This document shows positions 30,465-40,211 of a stretch of 64,000 bases of DNA, one piece after another. The stretch comes from Candidatus Latescibacterota bacterium (GTDB lineage: Bacteria > Latescibacterota > UBA2968 > UBA8231). Numbering within the stretch: the stretch's first letter is position 1; each line of letters starts with the position of its first letter. The notes beneath the pieces are model-generated. The model had not been told where the DNA came from. It did not search any database and saw nothing but the letters and a program-made list of their open reading frames with translations. The position numbers and the translations under genes were made by a program. The stretch lies in contig CBDCNM010000001.1 in NCBI GenBank assembly GCA_965219385.1, positions 794,631-858,630 on the forward strand, given 5' to 3'.

Positions 30465-30707
30465 ATGTCCGTTGTCAACGTCCATGAGGCCAAGACCCAG
30501 CTCTCCCGGCTTCTGGCACGGGCTGAGGCCGGTGAAGAGGTCGTGATTGCCCGCAACGGTATACCGATTGCACGGCTCGTCCGTTATGAGAATCGTCGAG
30601 GCATCCGGCGGTTCGGCGTCATGAAGGGCCGAGTTGTGGTCGACGACAGTTTCTTCGAGCCGCTCCTGGAGGCCGAGCTGGGCGCCTGGGAGTCGGGAGT
30701 CCCGTGC
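30465..30707 (+). pseudogene. Phd/YefM antitoxin with no stop at the expected position
   Basis: VNVHEAKTQLSRLLARAEAGEEVVIARNG; frame runs on through the toxin gene to 30992. Confidence 0.75.
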
Positions 30708-30928
30708 GCATTCTGCTCGACACGCATGCCTTCTTGTGGTGGCTGGCCGGCAGCGAGTGTTTGTCCGGGGCCGCCCACGACGCAATCGCCGACCCAGGGA
30801 ACGATATCCTCATCAGCGCCGCGTCCGCCTGGGAGATCGCTACGAAGCATCGCCTCGGAAAGCTCCCGGGTGCCGAGGTCGTGGCGCACGATGGGGTCGG
30901 CTGCATCGCGAGCCAAGGGCTGGTATGA
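30704..30928 (+). pseudogene. Truncated VapC (PIN) toxin, N-terminal half
   Basis: LLDTHAFLWW, SAASAWEIATK; only 74 aa, C-terminal acidic motifs missing. Confidence 0.8.
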
Positions 30929-31046
30929 CCAGGGGCCGAGAAAGCGGGGGCACCCTACCTCTTTTCGGATGGGGCCATCCAAACGGCGTTGACCCTACGG
31001 CTGCTGTATCATCTGCCTCAGTGCCAAAGCCTTGGAGATATCGAAA

Positions 31047-34000
31047 ATGGAACATGTGGCTCGAGTCGTTGCCTATTGGCGTTCATGTCTTGCAGACAGC
31101 GCTCGTCGTAATGTTGATCCAAGCAGGCTTGAAAAGTCTCATTCGGTTGAGATTACGATAGGGTCAGCGAGGAGTTATATACCCTCACAATTAGCCAGAA
31201 AAATCGTGGGTGATTTTAAGAGGGGAAAGAGGAAAAAAGCATCACGTCAGAGAGCTGTTTCTCAAGAAATCTTGACTGAAGAGGATGAGCATGTCAGTGT
31301 ATTGGTATGTCCAATTGTTGCGCGTCCAAAAACCGACCACACGATCCACAGGGCAGGAAGAGAGAGGCCTCTGACACCTGTGTGGATACCAGCTCGGTTA
31401 TCGCGGGATGGTGACCTAGTTCCTTCCGACGAGTTCGTGCCGTGGATCCCACGAGACCTATTAGAGCCAGCTCAAGCGGCAGAGACCATTGGCGATATTG
31501 AAGCTATGGACCACTTCCTCACGCACAATCCGACGATTCAAAATGGAGAAACCCCTGGTAGTGACCCGCGCTGGATCGATGTGTGGCAATATAGTAATAA
31601 CATGTTGCAAGACGTTGCTGGTCAGACGCTTGAAGAGTTCGATCTTAAGGGCTACGAAAGAGAGACTGCCTCCCGCATCTTGCTCGATGAGGATGTGCGG
31701 GTCATCCCGTCTCATATCATCAGACTATACGACGCGATTTTGCACAGACTTAAGGATGGATCCTTAGCGCCTCCCAAGCTTTTACCTCGCTTAACGTCTT
31801 TACATGATAAACCGCTGCGCCCCTTGCTGGATGACAATCAAAGGGTTGCAAAATCAGCTCAACATCTCGGACACATGCATTGGAGTTACCCATTATCCGT
31901 ATCCCAACGTGAAGCCGTCGATCACTTTTTAACCCTATCGGAGGGGGAAATACTGGCGATTAATGGCCCACCGGGAACAGGCAAGACGACATTGCTTCAA
32001 AGTCTTGTCGCTTCATTGTGGGTTGAAGCAGCTCTGAATGAGCGTGAACCGCCTATTATCGTTGCGGCTTCAACGAATAACCAAGCGGTCACTAATATTA
32101 TCGACAGCTTTGGAAACGTCCCCGAAGATGAATCTCTGTTGGGGGGCCGATGGATTCCAGGGCTCAAAAGTTACGGCCTCTTTTGCCCATCCCGAAGTCG
32201 AGAGGGCGAGGGGTTGAACAAGCAGTATCAGATCACAATGAACTGGGGCGGCGGCTTTTTCTTTCCGCCAAGTTCTGGGAAAGGGACTGGGCAATCGAAA
32301 GTGAACATCGAGGAGGAAGTATTTATCTCTGACGCCGAGCAGTATTTTCTCAAGCGCTGTAGTGACTATATGAAGCGTTGTGGAGAGATGAATGCCATCG
32401 ATGTCGAAAAATCGGTCAGATTGCTTCATCGACAACTCGAAGAGAAGACCAAAGCGATTCGCCAAGGGATTCAGACATGGTTGCAGATGGAACGTATCCA
32501 AGCCGAATTATCGGACCGCTATGGCGCTCATGGAGGTATTGAAACACACCTTAAACAGTGTGCAAGCGATTTGGAAACATGTCAGAAAAAAATCGTGCAA
32601 TACAGAGAAATTCAATGCGGCTGGTTGGACCATGTGGATACCATGCCATGGTGGATGACACTGTTTGGATTTCTCCCATGGGTCAAAGACCGTATCGAGA
32701 TACGCAATCGACGTTATCTTTTGTCCATTCGTTCGACGTGTATAGTTGATCCAGTGGATATCAAAGGTATCACGGATTTCTTCGATGAACATATCAAGGA
32801 CGCTCAGAATCAAGAACAGGGTTTCGCCGAAAAACTGCGTCAAGTCGAACGCGACTGGCAAGGCTATGCGAATACCATTCTTTCGTTCTTCGATGAACGT
32901 GTCAAGGATGCTCGGAACCAAGAAAGGGATTTCACCGAAAAACTGCGTCAAGCCGAACGCAATTGGGAGAGATTGCAGAGAGCGAAGCAAGCGTGGGACG
33001 CTTGGTGTGCTCAACATGGATTTTCCACCGATAATTCTTCTCTGCTCGATATCATGGATACCCGATTGCGCTATACCGCCTTCAAATTGGCAACCCATTA
33101 CTGGGAAGGCCGGTGGTTGCTTGAGATGCGTGAGCAGTTCAATACAGACTACAAAGAAAGTCAATCAGAAAAAAAACAGAAGAAACGGTGGCGGCGTTAC
33201 GCAAAATTGGCCCCTTGCTTCGTCTCAACACTATACACACTGCCTAACTTCATGCATGCCTTTAACGGGGAACGTGTAACATTGTTCGACTTCATTGATC
33301 TTCTCATCATTGATGAAGCAGGCCAAGTCGCGCCTGATGTGGGTGGCGCGACGTTTGCGTTAGCCAAAAAGGCCCTTATTGTGGGTGACACGCAACAACT
33401 TGACCCCATCTGGGGTATCACTGAGTCTATTGATATTGGCAACTTGCGTGAGAAAAAGGTGATCACCACCGACGATGACATGAAGGCGTTTTTTTCTACG
33501 GGGCTCGACGCCTCAAGTGGAAGCATCATGAAAGTCGCGCAGCATGCCAGCCCATATCAAAAGTCTGATGAACGCGGCTCCTTTGAACGTGGCATGTTTT
33601 TGGCGGAACATCGTCGCTGTGTACCGGAGATTATTCAGTATTGCAACCGGCTCGCGTATAGAGGACGTCTGGTCCCGATGCGGGAGCGTGAGGTGGATCA
33701 TCCATTGCCCCATCTCGGCTACGCACATATTTCTGGACCATCGCGTCGTGTGGCGGGCAGTCGTGACAATGAGAATGAAGCGCAAGTCATTGCGACATGG
33801 ATTGCCGAGCATCGCAACATGCTTGTATCGCGTTACGCTGGTAAGAGCCTGGAACAAATCATCGCGATCGCCACGCCTTTTAGACAGCAGACCCGTCTGC
33901 TCAAGGAGCTACTGGAAAAGTCCGGTACAACGGAGCCAATCGAGGTCGGCACCGTCCATGTCTTACAAGGGGCGGAGCGACCGGTTGTGATATTTTCGCC

Positions 34001-34712
34001 GGTCTACGGGATGGATGATCACCCGCCGTACTTTTTTGATCGTGGCAATTCCATGCTCAATGTGGTCGTTTCACGCGCTCAAGATAGTTTCCTCGTCTTC
34101 GGAAACATGAGCCATTTTGACCGGCAGAATGTTTCAAAGCCCTCGGGTATCTTAGCCAGTTTTTTGTTTCGAGATGAAGCCAATGAAATCACGGATATTG
34201 CCTTGCCGCAACGTCGTGACGCCGCGTTGGGCATCAGTCATCCCCATCTTGATACGCTGGAAGCTCACCGAGAGGTACTGACGGATGGGCTCCGTTATGC
34301 CAAGCAAGCTGTGTGGATCGTGTCGCCATATATCTCCGAATATGCGGTCAATGAAGATAGACTACCACTACTGATTGAAGAGGCTCAAACTCGTGGTGTG
34401 AGCGTAACTGTGTATGTCGATTTACAACTGAACAGAGACGAGAACGGTATTGAGAAACCTCAAGCCGTAAATGGAATTCGAATGCTACGGGAAAGTGGTG
34501 CAATCGTGAAAGAAGTTCGATCCGAGCACAGTAAAACGTTAATGATCGATGATACGGTGCTCATCGAAGGATCCTTCAACTGGCTCTCCGCAATCAGATA
34601 TAAGGAGCACCGATTTCACCGTCGAGAACGGTCGATACGCTATGAAGGCAAGGATATCAAAGAACAGATCGACAAAATTATTCGCGAGACAGAAAGTCGT
34701 GTTATTTCGTAA
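31047..34712 (+). CDS. SF1 (Upf1/DNA2-like) helicase fused to C-terminal PLD nuclease; Mokosh type II (MkoC/YjhR)-like
   Basis: GPPGTGKTT, IIDEAGQ, VGDTQQL, EHRRC, TVHVLQGAE, NVVVSRA; PLD HSKTLMIDD...GSFNW; visibly more AT-rich than flanks. Confidence 0.85.
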   Translation: MEHVARVVAYWRSCLADSARRNVDPSRLEKSHSVEITIGSARSYIPSQLARKIVGDFKRGKRKKASRQRAVSQEILTEEDEHVSVLVCPIVARPKTDHTIHRAGRERPLTPVWIPARLSRDGDLVPSDEFVPWIPRDLLEPAQAAETIGDIEAMDHFLTHNPTIQNGETPGSDPRWIDVWQYSNNMLQDVAGQTLEEFDLKGYERETASRILLDEDVRVIPSHIIRLYDAILHRLKDGSLAPPKLLPRLTSLHDKPLRPLLDDNQRVAKSAQHLGHMHWSYPLSVSQREAVDHFLTLSEGEILAINGPPGTGKTTLLQSLVASLWVEAALNEREPPIIVAASTNNQAVTNIIDSFGNVPEDESLLGGRWIPGLKSYGLFCPSRSREGEGLNKQYQITMNWGGGFFFPPSSGKGTGQSKVNIEEEVFISDAEQYFLKRCSDYMKRCGEMNAIDVEKSVRLLHRQLEEKTKAIRQGIQTWLQMERIQAELSDRYGAHGGIETHLKQCASDLETCQKKIVQYREIQCGWLDHVDTMPWWMTLFGFLPWVKDRIEIRNRRYLLSIRSTCIVDPVDIKGITDFFDEHIKDAQNQEQGFAEKLRQVERDWQGYANTILSFFDERVKDARNQERDFTEKLRQAERNWERLQRAKQAWDAWCAQHGFSTDNSSLLDIMDTRLRYTAFKLATHYWEGRWLLEMREQFNTDYKESQSEKKQKKRWRRYAKLAPCFVSTLYTLPNFMHAFNGERVTLFDFIDLLIIDEAGQVAPDVGGATFALAKKALIVGDTQQLDPIWGITESIDIGNLREKKVITTDDDMKAFFSTGLDASSGSIMKVAQHASPYQKSDERGSFERGMFLAEHRRCVPEIIQYCNRLAYRGRLVPMREREVDHPLPHLGYAHISGPSRRVAGSRDNENEAQVIATWIAEHRNMLVSRYAGKSLEQIIAIATPFRQQTRLLKELLEKSGTTEPIEVGTVHVLQGAERPVVIFSPVYGMDDHPPYFFDRGNSMLNVVVSRAQDSFLVFGNMSHFDRQNVSKPSGILASFLFRDEANEITDIALPQRRDAALGISHPHLDTLEAHREVLTDGLRYAKQAVWIVSPYISEYAVNEDRLPLLIEEAQTRGVSVTVYVDLQLNRDENGIEKPQAVNGIRMLRESGAIVKEVRSEHSKTLMIDDTVLIEGSFNWLSAIRYKEHRFHRRERSIRYEGKDIKEQIDKIIRETESRVIS
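32778..32970 (+). repeat. Diverged in-frame duplication, period 108 bp, in the helicase coiled-coil insert
   Basis: FFDEHIKDAQNQEQGFAEKLRQVERDW at 32778 vs FFDERVKDARNQERDFTEKLRQAERNW at 32886. Confidence 0.9.
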
Positions 34713-34861
34713 ATCCACCACGGGCTATGGCGACGATGTGGCGACTACGCCCCGCTATGGCCCAGTAACAACATGAGGTCCCAGGCGTAATTGGCGGAAA
34801 ATTTGCTCTCCCATTCGGCGTTGAGTCTGCGGCTGCTGCATCTGGGGAAATCGGAGTCCTA

Positions 34862-36030
34862 GTGTTGTGTCGTAGAGATTCGTTCACAAAGTCTCTTGAT
34901 TTTCGCGAGGATGGAATCGGCCGTAGCCGTCCATACGAAAGGGTGCGCGTTGGCGTTCCATTGGGCGGTATAGCGTTCGATGCGCTCGATGCGCTCTCTT
35001 ACCTTGCGGAACGAGTGCCGCCGAACCGCCTGGCGCGTGATGATGTTGAACCCAATCTCCACCTGGTTGAGCCACGAAGCATAGGGGGGGGTGTAGTGAA
35101 GGTGAAATCGGGGGCGCCGCGCCAGCCACTTTTTGACCTTGGCATGCTTGTGGGTGGCGTAATGGTCAACCACGAGATGCACGTCGAGACCGCGGGGGCA
35201 CGTTGTCCTCGATGTGGCGTAGGAACGGGAGGAACTCCTGGTGACGATGACGGGGCTTGCACGGAGTCATCACTTCACCGGTGGCCACGTCCAGGGCGGC
35301 AAACAGAGTGGTGGTGCCATGGCGCTTGTAGTCGTGCGTAACCCCTTCCACGTAGCCCAGGCCCAGGGGCAACAGGGGCTGACTTCGTTCCAACGCCTGG
35401 ATCTGGCTCTTCTCGTCGACGCATAAAACCAGGGCGTGCTCGGGGGGATGCATGTATAAGCCGACGATATCCCGTACTTTGTCGACCAAGAAAGGATCGG
35501 TGGAAAGCTTGAAGTGCTTGTGTCGGTGGGGCTGCAAACCATACGTGCGCCCGATGCGATGCACCGCGTCCTTGGTGAGGCCGGTTTCCGCGCCCATGGA
35601 GCGCACCGACCACTGGGTTCGGTCTTGGGGCTTGGTCTTCAGCGTCTTGTATACCACCTCGGCCACCTGCTCGTCGGTGATCAATCGCGGCGCCCCTGAA
35701 CGCAGTTCATCATGCAAGCCATGGAGTCCGTTTTCGAGAAAACGCCGGCGCCACTTGCCCACCGTAGCGCGCGTCACACCCACCGCTGCAGCGACCGCTT
35801 CATGGGGCCAGCCTTCGGCGGCCCAAAGGACGATCTCCGCTCGCCGCACCCACCCGTGTGGAAGACTCCGTGATTGGGCCATCGATTCCAATTGTTCTCG
35901 GTCCGACGCACTCAGCGCTAACGGCGTTAACGGACGCCCCATCGCCATAGATCTCTCCTTTCAGAAGGGGTGGTAAGAGAAACCTACGACATGACCACCA
36001 TCTCGTAAAGTTATTTATACGACGCAACAC
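34862..36030 (-). mobile_element. IS630-family insertion sequence with frameshifted transposase
   Basis: TIRs GTGTTGTGTCGTA / GTGTTGCGTCGTA, CTAG context at both ends (TA duplication); CVDEKSQIQ, DYKRHGT, DHYATH, SWLNQVE; extra C near 35195. Confidence 0.93.
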
Positions 36031-36039
36031 TAGCGCCAG

Positions 36040-36290
36040 ACCTGCATCTGGCTGCGAGTCAAGGCCGCCGAGAACGAGCGTAGCGTCTTCAAATGGATCG
36101 CCGAGCTGCTGGAAAGGATGCAGCGCCAGGAAGACGAGTACGAGGTCGCAATGAAGCGCTACCTATCGATGAAGCCACGCAAGATTGACTGGCCGGACGG
36201 CCACAGGCCGACACGCGAGGAATTGTATGACCGGCCCGGTCTTCGTTGACACGACGCGGTTCGGGTGGTCAATCCGTTTGCGTTGCCGGA
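36040..36290 (+). pseudogene. Antitoxin remnant (5' end missing) plus internally deleted PIN toxin
   Basis: WLRVKAAENERSVFKWIAELL...PTREELYDRPGLR* ends 36249; overlapping MTGPVFVDT is followed almost at once by the PIN C-terminal VRVVNPF. Confidence 0.6.
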
Positions 36291-36328
36291 CCGAACGCCG
36301 GAAGAGATACTGGAAGCCCTGGCATCGT

Positions 36329-36424
36329 GAGCGGTTGATCGTCGTGGAAGCCTTGATCTTCGACCTCCCCCTCATGTCAGTTGAGACGCTCTTTGACCGG
36401 TATGGCGTCAATCACATCTGGTAA
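36329..36424 (+). pseudogene. VapC (PIN) C-terminal remnant
   Basis: ERLIVVEALIFDLPLMSVETLFDRYGVNHIW* resembles the tail of LDTH-type VapC toxins. Confidence 0.55.
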
Positions 36425-36558
36425 TGCCGCCCAATCGCACACCCGGGAGGGCGTTGCCTACACGGTCAGTTCCGGCATGACTCTGCTCTACTGGCGCCGG
36501 GTTCTCCGAGGAGAACCTGCGCCTCATGATCGCGTGCGACAATCAAGGAGGTACAAAC

Positions 36559-36804
36559 GTGAAATCGACTGACAGAGACATCGTGATCCCCGCGGACGGC
36601 ACGTTGCCGCAGGATTTCCGCGAAGCATTTGGCCGGAAGGTCCGTGTCGTCGTCTACCTGCAGGACGACGAGTTCCAAAATACGCAGCTCAACCGACGCC
36701 TGATGAGTCTCGCCGGCAAAATTCGGGCATTCCGAGACGTTGACGATCCGGTTGGCTTGCAGCGCGACCTTCGAAATTCGTGGAAGCGTGGTTGGGAGCA
36801 ATGA
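36559..36804 (+). CDS. Small hypothetical protein, antitoxin-like
   Basis: AAGGAGG RBS before GTG; ATGA overlap with the MNT gene. Confidence 0.5.
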   Translation: MKSTDRDIVIPADGTLPQDFREAFGRKVRVVVYLQDDEFQNTQLNRRLMSLAGKIRAFRDVDDPVGLQRDLRNSWKRGWEQ

Positions 36805-37136
36805 CCCGCGTCACCGACACACTCCTCGGCCAGATGGTCCAGGCCATCGTCGACGAAGTCGATTCCGAGCAGGTGATCCTCTTCGGCTCCCGCGTCCGCG
36901 GCGACTCAAGGGAAGATTCGGATGTGGATCTCGTGGTCGTGGAAGCCGAGCCGTTCGGGAAGACTCGGAGCCGACGCCTGGAGGCAGTACGCCTGTGGAA
37001 AGTACTGTCGGGCTTTAGCATCCCTAAGGACATCCTCGTCTACAGCCGCGACGAGGTCGAGTACTGGCGCGGCTCCCTCAACCATGTCCTGGCGCGAGCG
37101 CTGCGGGAGGGGAAGCTGCTCTATGAGCGACCTTGA
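36801..37136 (+). CDS. Minimal nucleotidyltransferase (MNT) antitoxin
   Basis: ILFGSRVRG...SDVDLVVV motif. Confidence 0.85.
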   Translation: MTRVTDTLLGQMVQAIVDEVDSEQVILFGSRVRGDSREDSDVDLVVVEAEPFGKTRSRRLEAVRLWKVLSGFSIPKDILVYSRDEVEYWRGSLNHVLARALREGKLLYERP

Positions 37137-37255
37137 AAGGTCAGTACCCTTCTAGATGCGGCTGAGCGCGACCTCCGCGCACTCCAAGGCATGAGCGACA
37201 CAACGATCTTCGCTGACGAGATCGCCGGGTTCCACCCTCAACAGGTCGCCGAGCA
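37123..37255 (+). pseudogene. HEPN-domain toxin remnant
   Basis: After an early frameshift reads LLDAAERDLRAL...GFHPQQVAE (HEPN FHxQQxxE motif), then breaks off. Confidence 0.65.
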
Positions 37256-37377
37256 AATCGCCGAACTCGACCCCGACGATCAGGACGACATCGTCCCGGA
37301 GATTGAGGAACCCGTGGCTGCGCCGGCGACGGTACCTGGTCGGGCAGGGCTCAAGCAAGGGGGCAGCCCCGACCCTC

Positions 37378-37665
37378 TTAGGGCAACTGCATGATCTCCA
37401 CGCGGCGGTTGAGACGGCGCCCCGCCGCCGTGGCATTCGAACCGACCGGTTCGCTCTCGCCCTTGGAATCGAGCCGCAAGCGCTCCGCGGCGATCCCGTG
37501 CCCGACCAGATACTGCTTGACCGCCTGGACGCGCTTGAGGCCCAACCGGGTATTGTAGCCGACCGAGCCGCTACTATCGGTGTGGCCGCGCAGGAGCAAG
37601 GCCACCTCCGGGCGCTCCCGCAACGCCTGGAGGACGTCGGCCAGGATCTGCTGGGTCGGGGCAGG
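37378..37665 (-). pseudogene. OmpA-like C-terminal domain fragment
   Basis: GHTDSSGS..YN..LG..R, GESEP..SN....GR..NRRVEI; no credible N-terminus. Confidence 0.75.
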
Positions 37666-38003
37666 CGGCGGCTTCCGAGTGCTCGTCAAGAGCACTAGCA
37701 GCACAGCTTGCAAAGGTGATGGACATAGTCTATACTTAATTCGAGTTTGGACCGTCGCCGAGAGCCCGGACGCGACATCCCGCACGGTATTTGCACCTGG
37801 TCGGCACCGCCCGGGGCACGGTGACGGGTCGGGCGGGAAGCGAGCGTGCCTCCGGGTGCCTATACACTGCTGGTGACCTTTACCGGCTACCAGTCCGCCA
37901 AACGCTCCGTGGAGGTAACCGCATATATCTGATGAGAACGGGACGGCGACTGCGATCCGGCCGCGGATCTCCAAAGGGTCCGCGGCGCCACTTCAGGGTC
38001 GAA

Positions 38004-38978
38004 ATGAGGTTGGCCCTTTCCCTGCTGATTGGCCTGATGTCGTGGCAGAAAGAGATTCGCGCCGAGTCCTATGCGTTCGCCTTGATCGGCGATACCCCAT
38101 ACGCCCGTGGTGACAGCATCTGGTTCGAGGCGGTGATTGACCAGATCAACGCCGATGACGATGTCCTGTGGGTCATCCACGCGGGCGACATCAAAACGGG
38201 TGGACAGCCGTGCACCGACGCGTTTCTCGAAGAACGTCTGTCGAGGTTCAGCCGCTTCGAGGATCCCTTCGTCCTGACGCCGGGGGACAACGAATGGACC
38301 GATTGTCACCGCGAGAGCGCCGGCCGCTTCGATCCGTTGGAACGCCTGCAGAAACTGCGGTCGCTCTTCTTTCCCCGTGTGGGGATGACGCTCGGGAAGC
38401 GGCCGATGAAGGTCGAATCCCAGGCAGCCTCACCCGAGTACAGGGAGTTTCCGGAGAACGTCCGCTGGGAGAGGGAGGGTGCTCACTTCGCGACGATTCA
38501 CCTCGTCGGGAGCCGAAATGGGCTGGCGCCCTTTCAGCAGGCCGACTCGACGGACCTCGAAACGGCTCCGGTGAGGACGGAGAGGCACGATGCCGAGGTC
38601 GAGCGCAGGAGCAGGGCGGGGATCGTCTGGCTTCGCAGGGCCTTTGCCGAGGCGGAGTCGGGCAAGGGGCTGTTTCTGACGCTGCACGCGGCGATGGGAC
38701 TGGAGCGGGAAGCGGACCCGCCCCATTACGAGGCGTTTCTCGACGTGTTGCGCGAGGAGACGGAGCGCTTCGGACGGCCCGTCGTGCTCGCCCACGGGGA
38801 CTCGCACTATTTCCGGATCGACAAGCCCCTGCGCCGCAAGCCGGAGGGAAGGCGACTCTGGAATTTCACGCGCGTCGAGACCTTCGGATCATCGGACGTG
38901 AACTGGATCGAGGTGACGGTCGATCCACAGAGCGCCAATCTGTTTTCGTTCGACCAGAGGATCGCCAAGAGGGAGTAG
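38004..38978 (+). CDS. Exported calcineurin-like metallophosphoesterase
   Basis: IGDTPY, HAGDIK, TPGDNEWTDCH, HGDSH; signal-like N-terminus; start uncertain. Confidence 0.82.
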   Translation: MRLALSLLIGLMSWQKEIRAESYAFALIGDTPYARGDSIWFEAVIDQINADDDVLWVIHAGDIKTGGQPCTDAFLEERLSRFSRFEDPFVLTPGDNEWTDCHRESAGRFDPLERLQKLRSLFFPRVGMTLGKRPMKVESQAASPEYREFPENVRWEREGAHFATIHLVGSRNGLAPFQQADSTDLETAPVRTERHDAEVERRSRAGIVWLRRAFAEAESGKGLFLTLHAAMGLEREADPPHYEAFLDVLREETERFGRPVVLAHGDSHYFRIDKPLRRKPEGRRLWNFTRVETFGSSDVNWIEVTVDPQSANLFSFDQRIAKRE

Positions 38979-39108
38979 GGCGACCGGAGATGGTCTGGGA
39001 TCAGGTCAGGGCAGCCAGTTAAACGCGAACAGAGGATGAAATGGGAGCGACGCACGTCACCGTCGTGATACAGTGGCCATCCGCCCAGAAACCTAGGAGG
39101 TGATTCCC

Positions 39109-39915
39109 ATGGGCATGACCGAGGAAGAAAAATTCCGCTTCGACCTGACGGGATTCCTGGTGCGACCCGCGATTCTGCAGGCGGGCCAGATCGAGGCGGT
39201 CGTCGACCAGATCGACCGCATCCACCACGATCCCGAGTCGCTGCCGCCCGAGGAGCAGGCCATGCCCGGAGGTGCGGCCAGCCTGCTAATCGATCACCCG
39301 AAGGTGATCGAGGTGCTGCACGAGATCATCGGTCCGGAGATCCGCCTGGAGGGGACCTATTGCGTGTGGCGGAACAAAGGCGAGCGGCACGGGGAGCTGC
39401 ACAGCGGCGGCCCGAGGCAGATCGATCCGATCTTCGGGTACCGCTGCGCCAACGGCCGCATCCACGCCGGCATGGTCCGGGTCGTGTTCGAGCTGACGGC
39501 GGTGACCAGGCGGGACGGGGCCACCCACTTTATCCCGGGCAGCCACAAGGCCAACCTCCCGATGCACCCCGATCACCTGTCGCTGGAGGAAGGCGAGCGC
39601 AGCGAGTTCCTGACCAGCTACGACTGTCCGGCGGGCAGCGCCATCTTCTTCACCGAGAACCTGTGCCACGCGGGGCCGCCGTGGCAACGGGAGCGGCCGA
39701 GGGTGGCGGTCCTCAACGCCTACTCCCATCTGGCCACCCACTGGCACCGCCTGACGATCCCGCCGGAGGTGATGGCGGCGCTGCCCCGGAAGAAGCAGAC
39801 CTACTTCCGCGAGCCCTGGATTGCCGACTTCCGCTCCAGCCCGCCGACGCACAACACGGCGGAGCGCTTCCTGGCCAACGACGAGCCCACGGCGCGGCTG
39901 GATCACCATCCCTGA
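39109..39915 (+). CDS. Phytanoyl-CoA dioxygenase (PhyH) family protein
   Basis: FDLTGFLV, LHSGG, FIPGSHKAN, FFTENLCH; AGGAGG RBS. Confidence 0.85.
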   Translation: MGMTEEEKFRFDLTGFLVRPAILQAGQIEAVVDQIDRIHHDPESLPPEEQAMPGGAASLLIDHPKVIEVLHEIIGPEIRLEGTYCVWRNKGERHGELHSGGPRQIDPIFGYRCANGRIHAGMVRVVFELTAVTRRDGATHFIPGSHKANLPMHPDHLSLEEGERSEFLTSYDCPAGSAIFFTENLCHAGPPWQRERPRVAVLNAYSHLATHWHRLTIPPEVMAALPRKKQTYFREPWIADFRSSPPTHNTAERFLANDEPTARLDHHP

Positions 39916-39929
39916 AGGGAGAGGGGTGA

Positions 39930-40185
39930 GTGCGGATCCGGCTCCATTATTCGAAATTTGGCAAGTATATCAGCCGTGATGGCCGGTCGGTGTACCTCGC
40001 CCAGCTCGAGGCCGTCTCGGAACGGGTGTGGATCGTGGGCGGCAGGCTGGGATGTCGCGATCCGGAAGACGACAAGCTGCTCGAGACGGCGCTCATGGGA
40101 GAAGTGGACTGCATCGCCACGCGCGACCAGGATCTTCAGGTGATATCGCCATTTCACGACATTCCGACTTTTAGGTCGGACGGAT
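39930..40185 (+). pseudogene. PIN-domain toxin C-terminal remnant, in frame with the downstream gene
   Basis: CRDPEDDKLLETALMGEVDCIATRDQDL motif; N-terminal DTN motif absent. Confidence 0.7.
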
Positions 40186-40211
40186 TTTCTGGGTTGCGGA
40201 TGAGGGAGAGC

